Virus record (IMG/VR): IMGVR_UViG_3300042991_000477
Location: 1-55,447 of that record
Length of the DNA: 55,447 nt
Origin: a virus
Lineage: Duplodnaviria; Caudoviricetes
Reading direction: 5' to 3' (one strand)
Shown: positions 48,710 through 55,262 of the stretch, piece after piece
Layout: every line of letters begins with the position of its first letter
How positions within the stretch are numbered: the first letter of the stretch is position 1
Notes under the pieces: generated by a model
What the model was told of the DNA's origin: nothing
What the model saw: the letters and a program-made list of their open reading frames with translations, nothing else
The model's database searches: none
Program-made: the position numbers and the translations under genes

Positions 48710-48752
48710 ATAACCAAACTAATAACTATATGAAAATGAAAAATTGACAACA
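48674..48752 (-). ncRNA. Candidate ~80-nt small RNA antisense to the GNAT 3' end
   Basis: Bounded by a consensus promoter and a terminator; no ATG inside. Confidence 0.5.
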
Positions 48753-48755
48753 GTA

Positions 48756-48786
48756 CAAATATAATACTTTTATTTCATTCACCAAA
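48756..48786 (-). promoter_or_regulatory. Bacteroidota sigma-A-type promoter
   Basis: TTTG-N19-TATATTTG. Confidence 0.7.
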
Positions 48787-48807
48787 TTATTATATGCATT
48801 TTTAATA

Positions 48808-48861
48808 TTTATCGTGTTATTAGTCGATAAAGATAGTTTATCGTGTTAAGATACGATAAAT
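48808..48861. repeat. Two tandem dyads TTTATCGTGTTA..CGATAAA
   Basis: Operator-like palindromes just upstream of the promoter. Confidence 0.6.
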
Positions 48862-48940
48862 ATTAAAAAAGGTCTGGTGAAAAACAACTAAATCTTCTGT
48901 ACCGCTGATTATCGGGGCCACATTTCGGGGCCACACACGG

Positions 48941-49227
48941 TTATATGTTATATTTAGTTACTGCAATCTCTTCTTCTTTGATGTTAACATATCCACCAAA
49001 GGTTAACCCATATCTATCGTAACATTCGTCATAGTTATACTTATCAACAATATAATTATAACCCCAGCCATAATGAAAATATCCTACAAATATATACTTA
49101 ACATTAGTATGCTTTCTTATACCTAACATAAGATTAATACTATCAGTATCTACACCAATAGTTCTCATAGCACCTTTGAATCTATTATCAAGTGGTACTA
49201 ACCAATAATGCTTATACTTCTTATCAT
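48941..49227 (-). CDS. KYNI-tail protein, paralog of 49224-49541 (1-nt shift just after the overlapping ATG)
   Basis: KHYWLVPLDNRFKGAMRTIGVD vs KYWLIPVDDRMYKSMRDINVD; ends VTKYNI. Confidence 0.7.
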
Positions 49228-49541
49228 ATGTTATATCTCTTTATGTCAAGCCCTATCTCATCTATATTAACCTTACCCATATACTTATAGCCACAATCAT
49301 TATAGATATTATTACCATCATACTTATAATCTGTAGAAGTATATTCCCACACACCATTGTTTAACGCCATATAAATATACCCATCGTTATATATTATCTT
49401 AAGAAAGTTATGAGTCTTTAAAAGATTTAATGCTAACTCTATATCAACATTAATATCCCTCATAGACTTATACATCCTATCATCAACAGGTATCAACCAA
49501 TACTTACCACGCTTATCATTCATATCATTCATATCATTCAT
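49224..49541 (-). CDS. KYNI-tail (RYNI) protein with (MND)n start repeat
   Basis: Tandem ATGAATGAT at the start; ends IKRYNI. Confidence 0.8.
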   Translation of the reverse strand: MNDMNDMNDKRGKYWLIPVDDRMYKSMRDINVDIELALNLLKTHNFLKIIYNDGYIYMALNNGVWEYTSTDYKYDGNNIYNDCGYKYMGKVNIDEIGLDIKRYNI

Positions 49542-49619
49542 ATCATTCTATACTACACAGTACCCAGTATCTACACTACACCCACCGTATGAGCTTACAG
49601 AGCACACCGCAAGATACTA

Positions 49620-49651
49620 CAAAGTTAATTATAATATTTTAAATATCCAAA
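49620..49651 (-). promoter_or_regulatory. Bacteroidota sigma-A-type promoter
   Basis: TTTG-N20-TAACTTTG. Confidence 0.65.
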
Positions 49652-49728
49652 GATGCAACTCTTGTTATTTAACATGACACAGCATACTTATTATAATAAT
49701 CGTAATGAACTGATGCTCTATTGATTAC

Positions 49729-49756
49729 ATTGAACATAATTAAAATTACGTGAAAC
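49729..49756 (-). other. dif/Xer-like site
   Basis: Minus strand GTTTCACGTAA-TTTTAA-TTATGTTCAAT. Confidence 0.55.
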
Positions 49757-49774
49757 ATTTTTGGTGGTTGGGGT

Positions 49775-49802
49775 TCTATACTTAATAATAATTATGATAA
49801 AC
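49775..49802 (+). other. Degenerate dif/Xer-like site
   Basis: TCTATACTTAA-TAATAA-TTATGATAAAC. Confidence 0.35.
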
Positions 49803-49887
49803 ATTTTTAATATTTTGCAGATGAGGTAGTTAGGTGAATTGGTCGGGAAACTTTTTTAAAATTTTTGATTGATGTTAGTGTTGAGTG

Positions 49888-49915
49888 ATGAGTCATAATT
49901 ATTATTATGTAAACC
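49888..49915 (+). other. dif/Xer-like site
   Basis: ATGAGTCATAA-TTATTA-TTATGTAAACC. Confidence 0.5.
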
Positions 49916-50064
49916 TGGTGGAAAGGCTCGAAGAGCATGCGCGTGTATAGAGTGTAGATATGTGTATGGGGAGGCCATGGGCAAAAGATTGTTTTTTGGC
50001 ATTTTCTTTTGGGGTGTACTTGAAGAATTTCGATTCTACTATATTTTCTCAAAAGTTGTATTTT

Positions 50065-50146
50065 AAATTGGATTGAAAAATTTTTTTGGGGAAAAATCTT
50101 TGATATTTTCTGGGGGAATTTTTTTTTGGTTATATGGCGTGGCCAC
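50065..50146. repeat. ~81-bp direct repeat, copy 1
   Basis: Near-identical to 50539-50619. Confidence 0.95.
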
Positions 50147-50147
50147 A

Positions 50148-50408
50148 TTAGATATTATATTTATTAGCTGTCAACATCATTTTTAATTCGGTTTCGGTAT
50201 TTGCTACTATAAAAAACTGTTCAATTATATCTAATTTTAAAAATTTAATAATAAAGTACTTTTTATATTCTATTGAAAATGTTGGATTTTTTTCGCCTTC
50301 TGAAATATCGGTTATTTTACCGATATTATCAATAAAAAGTTCGGAATGTTTTCTATCCAATAAGTGTACTTTTTGTGGATCTACAATAATATAATTTCCA
50401 ACTTTCAT
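50148..50408 (-). CDS. KYNI-tail family small protein (SH3/KOW-like core, no leader)
   Basis: MKVGNYII..ANKYNI. Confidence 0.75.
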   Translation of the reverse strand: MKVGNYIIVDPQKVHLLDRKHSELFIDNIGKITDISEGEKNPTFSIEYKKYFIIKFLKLDIIEQFFIVANTETELKMMLTANKYNI

Positions 50409-50538
50409 ATTATAAATTTTTGACAAAAATAGCAAAAGCTTTTTATATTACAAAATTTTTTTGGGGAAATTTTAGAATTTTATATGTAAAAGCGTATAAA
50501 TAACAAGAGTTGACTATTTTATATGTAAAAGAGTATAA

Positions 50539-50619
50539 AAATTGGATTGAAAAATTTTTTTGGGGAAAAATCTTTGATATTTTCTGGGGGAATTTTTTTT
50601 GGTTATATGGCGTGGCCAC
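50539..50619. repeat. ~81-bp direct repeat, copy 2
   Basis: Near-identical to 50065-50146. Confidence 0.95.
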
Positions 50620-50626
50620 GAAAAGA

Positions 50627-50983
50627 TTAGATATTATATTTTTTTGAATTTTGTCTAATTTCAATTTCTTTTAAAATATCTACGATATTAGGTGATGCTT
50701 TTATTATATCATATGGGTATATAATTATTGAATCGTTTTCAAAAAATTGTTGTATAAAGAATTGTAAATAGATATTTTGATATTTAACTTTTACGTAGTT
50801 ATTAGTTGATATGTGTATAATTCTTCCTATATTATTTTCTAGAAAATCTTTTAAATTTTCTTTTGCACGATTTGAATTTGGTCGAGAGTCTATGTTATGT
50901 ATTTGGCAAAGAACATAATCGCCCACATTAAATTGTGTTGTACTTATATTTTTAGTATTTTCGTATGATTTAAGGTGTTTCAT
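50627..50983 (-). CDS. KYNI-tail family small protein
   Basis: MKHLKSYEN..FNVGDYVL..SKKYNI. Confidence 0.85.
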   Translation of the reverse strand: MKHLKSYENTKNISTTQFNVGDYVLCQIHNIDSRPNSNRAKENLKDFLENNIGRIIHISTNNYVKVKYQNIYLQFFIQQFFENDSIIIYPYDIIKASPNIVDILKEIEIRQNSKKYNI

Positions 50984-51237
50984 ATATTATATTTTTTTGT
51001 GTTAATATATAATTCTTTTTCTTCTGGTGTTAATCTTTTTAATTCGTTTGCTATATATACACTTAATGTACCTTTTATTTCAACCATATATGATTGTTGT
51101 ATTATACTAATACTAAATAATTTTTTATCCTTCATTATTGATACTATAATACCTATTTCATCTGAATCTTTTATTCTAACATAGTCACCTACATTAAATT
51201 GATAATCATTTTTTTCAAAATTTTTAATATGTTTCAT
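50980..51237 (-). CDS. KYNI-tail family small protein
   Basis: MKHIKNFEK..FNVGDYVR..TKKYNI. Confidence 0.85.
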   Translation of the reverse strand: MKHIKNFEKNDYQFNVGDYVRIKDSDEIGIIVSIMKDKKLFSISIIQQSYMVEIKGTLSVYIANELKRLTPEEKELYINTKKYNI

Positions 51238-51266
51238 ATATTAATTGATTTTTGTCAATATATCTT

Positions 51267-51584
51267 TCAGATATTATATTTATTAATTATTGAAAATAAT
51301 AATATTTTTTCTTTACATTCTTCTAAACTATCTGATACATATTTAATACAATTATATTCTTCTGATTCTAACAAATCTATGTTAGCAGAGTTTTCATTAT
51401 TATAATTTTGTAAATTATTATCTTTTATACAATATAAAGTAGTAACTGCTATAGATGGCCAATTATTTTTTACAATTTTACATATTTCCCATGAATCTTC
51501 GATTTCGTCATCATACCAAATAATATATCGACCAACTTTATATTGTGGAAGTTTATTTTTCTCATATGTTTTAATGTATTTCAT
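51267..51584 (-). CDS. KYNI-tail family small protein
   Basis: MKYIKTYEK..YKVGRYII..INKYNI. Confidence 0.85.
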   Translation of the reverse strand: MKYIKTYEKNKLPQYKVGRYIIWYDDEIEDSWEICKIVKNNWPSIAVTTLYCIKDNNLQNYNNENSANIDLLESEEYNCIKYVSDSLEECKEKILLFSIINKYNI

Positions 51585-51928
51585 ATATTGTATTTATCTG
51601 CTGATATATAGTGTTCTATATCTTCTTTATTTTGGGAGAAGTGTTTAATATCTATTATAGGTACGAGTATGGTATTTCCTACTTTGAGTACATCAGAGTA
51701 ATCAGAGTATTGGACTTTGTATAATAGGTTTTTTGGTATATTATATGGAAATAAAACAGTCATATCATCATTGTCCACAAAACCTGAAATGACACCTATA
51801 TTATCAGTTACGAAATTATTTAAATCTTTATAAAAGCTTAGGTTAGCATCATTTTCTTTTAATATAACGAAGTATCCTGCGTGAGGTTCGTCTTCAATAG
51901 TATTTTCGAATGTTTTTAGATGTTTCAT
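51581..51928 (-). CDS. KYNI-tail family small protein
   Basis: MKHLKTFEN..ADKYNI. Confidence 0.85.
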   Translation of the reverse strand: MKHLKTFENTIEDEPHAGYFVILKENDANLSFYKDLNNFVTDNIGVISGFVDNDDMTVLFPYNIPKNLLYKVQYSDYSDVLKVGNTILVPIIDIKHFSQNKEDIEHYISADKYNI

Positions 51929-52253
51929 ATATTATATTTTTTTGATGTTATTATGGCTTCTAATTTTTCTTTATTGGGTGAGAAGTGTATTATTTCTGAT
52001 TTTTCAAAATATCTTATACCGTTATTGTTGTTAGATTTATCTATATCAAAAAATGGTTCTAAGCTATTTGGCACGTTTTCGTATTTAACAATTAAAAGAA
52101 TTTTACCATTATCTTCTATATCTTTTATATAAACTTCAATGTTATTTTCAAGGTAATAATTAATTTGTCCCATGTATCATCAGATGTAATAACAAAATCT
52201 CCAATTTTGAGTACGTCTTCAATAATATTTTCGTATGTTTTTAAGTGTTTCAT
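51925..52253 (-). CDS. KYNI-tail family small protein (frameshift near 52170)
   Basis: MKHLKTYENIIEDVLKIGDFVITSDD from ATG 52253, continuing in ORF 51925-52173 to SKKYNI. Confidence 0.75.
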
Positions 52254-52573
52254 ATGTTATATTTATTTACATCATCATTTAGTATTTCTGTTTCTATTTC
52301 TTCTGGTGTTGCGAATCTTATTATTCTTGACGAAGCAAAATTATTCAGTATCCATTTACCTTTGTATTGTTTACCTGATAAATCGGTTTTTGGGTTGCTT
52401 AAATATTCTAAATCATACTCATAATCATAAGAGTGTCCTATTATTTTAGCTGGGTGTGTATCAATAAAATTTCTAAGGTGTTGTCCAGCCCAATAATTTT
52501 TTAAAAATACCCAATCTCCTATTTTATATGTATTTTCGGTTATTATATTTTCATATGTTTTTAAATATTTCAT
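52250..52573 (-). CDS. KYNI-tail family small protein
   Basis: MKYLKTYEN..YKIGDWVF..VNKYNI. Confidence 0.85.
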   Translation of the reverse strand: MKYLKTYENIITENTYKIGDWVFLKNYWAGQHLRNFIDTHPAKIIGHSYDYEYDLEYLSNPKTDLSGKQYKGKWILNNFASSRIIRFATPEEIETEILNDDVNKYNI

Positions 52574-52921
52574 ATGTTATATTTTTTTATATTATTATCA
52601 AATTGTCATTTTAAATATTTTTCGTTATTTAATAAATCTATGCCAGTTTTTTGTTTTATTCTTTCTAATTGTTCTTTGGAATTTTCGAATGCCATATAAA
52701 CAAGATTTTTATCATTTTTACTTAATGAGCAAATAATATCAAATCTAATTCCTTTTACATTTTCTATTTTATATAGGAATCTGCAAGTATCATTATTTAT
52801 ATAACCAATTTCTACAACTTTTAAATATTTATCATTAGCAGTTTTATAAGGTATATTATCTATAACTAAGTATGAATTTTTCGTAATCACTTTGGTTTTT
52901 AATACTATCAAAAATGTTCAT
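52570..52921 (-). pseudogene. KYNI-tail gene with an in-frame TGA at 52606-52608 and an apparent 5' frameshift
   Basis: EKYLK-TGA-QFDNNIKKYNI-TGA overlapping the next ATG; ATG at 52921 is out of frame. Confidence 0.6.
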
Positions 52922-52994
52922 TTATTAAATTTTTGTAAAGGTACAAAAATTTTTTGTTATTTAAAAAATTTGTCTTTAATAATATTGTGAATGA

Positions 52995-53460
52995 TTATTT
53001 TAGTATGTTGTTTAATTTTTTGAGTTTAAATTTTCTGATATATTTTTCTGGTTTATTATAGTACAAGAGTTTTAATGTATTATAAAAATCTATATCAATT
53101 AGGTACTCTTGTATTTTTATGTGTTTAATTTGGTTGGTGGTTAGGAATTGGTTATTATATTTATAATATATTTCACCTGTCATTGGATTAATATAGGTTT
53201 TTGTTTTTATGAATGAATTTGGAATAGTATCAATTATGTATTTTTTAATATTTTGTATATATGGATTTAAATTAGGTTGAGTAAATATTGAATCTGTTTT
53301 ATTAATTTCATTAATTTCGTTTTCTATTCGGTAATAAAATTCTAGATAATAGGCTAAATCATCTTCAATATAAGGTAGGGGGGTATTTTATATCATTAAA
53401 TTTATCTACTAGGATATATTTACATTTTTGGAGTGCGTAATTTTTATCTATTTTTGACAT
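52995..53460 (-). pseudogene. RKxKL-tail gene with two apparent frameshifts
   Basis: MSKIDKNYALQKC from 53460, middle segment in another frame, ends YIRKFKLKKLNNILK. Confidence 0.55.
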
Positions 53461-53690
53461 AATTTTTTAAGTTTTATTTTTCTAACATATTTTATAGATT
53501 TCCAATTTTCATCGAACATTTCTTCTTCTGTAAAATAGACATCTTGGTTTTTATCATCTTTTATCCAACCGCAACGTTGTCCTGAAACAATATTATCTAT
53601 TTTAAAAATAACGTATTGTTTACCTACTGTATAAGATTGGTTGTCATAATCAGCGCCATTAATATATATTAGAATATCACCTACTTTCAT
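53448..53690 (-). CDS. RKxKL-tail family small protein (SH3/KOW-like core)
   Basis: MKVGDILI..YVRKIKLKKLCQK. Confidence 0.8.
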   Translation of the reverse strand: MKVGDILIYINGADYDNQSYTVGKQYVIFKIDNIVSGQRCGWIKDDKNQDVYFTEEEMFDENWKSIKYVRKIKLKKLCQK

Positions 53691-53990
53691 TTAATTTTTG
53701 AAGTTTTTCTTTTCTTTCTCTAATTTTATTAAATTCTCCTTGGTATTTATATCCATTTTTTTAAGCCATCTAATAGATTCTTGTTTATCTTTTCCTTCTG
53801 GCATAAATCCAACTGTTGATAATGGATAAGGTACACCAAATCTTCTTGTAATAAAAACAAAATCATCATTATTATCTTCCATTACCATTTTCCATGTCCT
53901 TACTTGTATATATGTAATATCTTCGATTAATGAAAGTTCTTCTTTATGTACTCTCCAATATGAATTAGTTGGGACTTTTATTTTAGACAT
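53691..53990 (-). CDS. RKxKL-tail family protein (likely 3' frameshift in an A-run near 53760)
   Basis: Alternative frame reads NGYKYQGEFNKIRERKEKLQKLNESR. Confidence 0.7.
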   Translation of the reverse strand: MSKIKVPTNSYWRVHKEELSLIEDITYIQVRTWKMVMEDNNDDFVFITRRFGVPYPLSTVGFMPEGKDKQESIRWLKKMDINTKENLIKLEKEKKNFKN

Positions 53991-54244
53991 AAATTTTTGA
54001 GTTTAAGGTTTCTCATTTGTTTTTGTGTTAAAAAAAAGTTTTGGAATTTATATCTATGAAATTTATAATAGTGTATTGAATAATCTGATATTGTGTCGAA
54101 TGTTGATACTTTATCTCTTTCGTCTTTTATATTAATTTCATGAGTTGATATTGATATTATTTCATACCATTTATTTTCTATGTAAAAATTTACATTAAGG
54201 TGTGTTAAAGTTTTAAAGCAATATAATTTATCTCCTTGTCTCAT
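53978..54244 (-). CDS. RKxKL-tail family small protein (SH3/KOW-like core)
   Basis: MRQGDKLYC..QMRNLKLKNLCLK; resembles 13502-13768. Confidence 0.8.
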   Translation of the reverse strand: MRQGDKLYCFKTLTHLNVNFYIENKWYEIISISTHEINIKDERDKVSTFDTISDYSIHYYKFHRYKFQNFFLTQKQMRNLKLKNLCLK

Positions 54245-54261
54245 TTAAATTTTTAATTATA

Positions 54262-54292
54262 CGAATATAATAAAAAATTTTTAAAATTCAAA
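54262..54292 (-). promoter_or_regulatory. Bacteroidota-type promoter variant
   Basis: TTTG-N19-TATATTCG, 17 bp before the ATG at 54244. Confidence 0.55.
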
Positions 54293-54300
54293 AATGATTT

Positions 54301-54591
54301 TTAATATTTTCGTATAATTTTTGATAGTTTTTCTTTTCTTATAGTTGATAACATATAATCTTTGGCGGATGTCATTTTTATGTTTTTGCCTATTTGTGTT
54401 TGTGTTTGCCATATAAATTTATAAATTTCACTTTCAGCATTTGTTATAAATAATGGATATTGTTCTCTTGAAAAGAATATATTTTTTTTACTATCTAACC
54501 ATTCGTAATTTAATTTGAATAGGTACAATTGTACTTCTCTAAATTCTTTTTTGTTATTACATTTAATACAAAAAAATTGATTATTTTTCAT
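54301..54591 (-). CDS. RKxKL-tail family small protein
   Basis: Ends TIRKEKLSKIIRKY. Confidence 0.8.
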   Translation of the reverse strand: MKNNQFFCIKCNNKKEFREVQLYLFKLNYEWLDSKKNIFFSREQYPLFITNAESEIYKFIWQTQTQIGKNIKMTSAKDYMLSTIRKEKLSKIIRKY

Positions 54592-54889
54592 CTTTTATTT
54601 TTTTAAGTTTAAGTTTTCTTTCTTCTGATTTTTCTAAAATTATAAAATTTTTTTTAATTAATGAATCAATTTCAAATCCATATTCACCATCTGTCATGCT
54701 ACAAAAAATATTACCATAACTGTCTTCATGATATATCATTTCTTTAATTTTACAATGATATGGATAACTTATTCTTGATGGACAATTCTCATTTAGTCCA
54801 CTTGACCAAGCATCTGGATAGTCTAATATAATAACTTTCATTCCTATTTTGAAATTCTTATATTCATCAATTTTAATTTGCCTTTTCAT
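54581..54889 (-). CDS. RKxKL-tail family small protein (SH3/KOW-like core)
   Basis: FKIGMKVI..EERKLKLKKIKDEK. Confidence 0.8.
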   Translation of the reverse strand: MKRQIKIDEYKNFKIGMKVIILDYPDAWSSGLNENCPSRISYPYHCKIKEMIYHEDSYGNIFCSMTDGEYGFEIDSLIKKNFIILEKSEERKLKLKKIKDEK

Positions 54890-55262
54890 TTAATTTTTGT
54901 AATTTAAGGTTTCTAAAAAATTTTATTGATATTTCTTCTGCTATATCGTTCATATATGGTTTTGAAGTTTGCCATTTTACATCTATTTTATATTCTGGTG
55001 TTTTTATTTCGCAAAATGTTATACCACCCCTATTTGTCCATGTTGATTTTGTATTAAAATTAACTGTTATATAAATATAAGTTGGTTTTGTCATATTATG
55101 AAATGATGATCCCACTTTTGTATTATCTATTATTATAGATGGTGAATATTTTATTTCTAAAACTTCGTATTTAGATATTAAAAATTCAGTAAATAATTTT
55201 AATGTTTCGTCGAAAGAATTATTTATTGCAGGGAATAGTTTATATGTTTTAGAATTTAGCAT
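54873..55262 (-). CDS. RKxKL-tail family small protein
   Basis: Ends FFRNLKLQKLNEKAN. Confidence 0.8.
   Translation of the reverse strand: MLNSKTYKLFPAINNSFDETLKLFTEFLISKYEVLEIKYSPSIIIDNTKVGSSFHNMTKPTYIYITVNFNTKSTWTNRGGITFCEIKTPEYKIDVKWQTSKPYMNDIAEEISIKFFRNLKLQKLNEKAN

Noticed and set aside
49545-49620. tRNA-like GC-richer stretch
   Set aside because: No cloverleaf or T-loop consensus visible; more likely the 5' leader of the downstream gene.
45262-50619. CRISPR array
   Set aside because: No constant repeat with regularly sized unique spacers, and no cas genes.
49807-50664. ORFs 49807-50148 and 50443-50664 sharing KKFPQKISKIFPQKNFSIQF
   Set aside because: Translations of the non-coding 81-bp repeat; atypical composition; one overlaps a real gene.
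1461-52449. Short overlapping or antisense ORFs in the track (e.g. 1461, 1708, 3384, 3715, 4568, 4644, 6515, 6801, 8093, 8097, 15443, 19363, 26084, 27356, 31987, 32656, 39362, 43706, 44460, 46209, 50975, 51199, 51920, 52165)
   Set aside because: Nested in better-supported genes, with no motifs or plausible expression signals.
50627-52573. Integron attC cassettes or a diversity-generating retroelement as the explanation for the arrays
   Set aside because: Genes overlap by ATGA with no room for attC hairpins; no integrase, reverse transcriptase or TR/VR pair is seen; junction variation is mostly synonymous.
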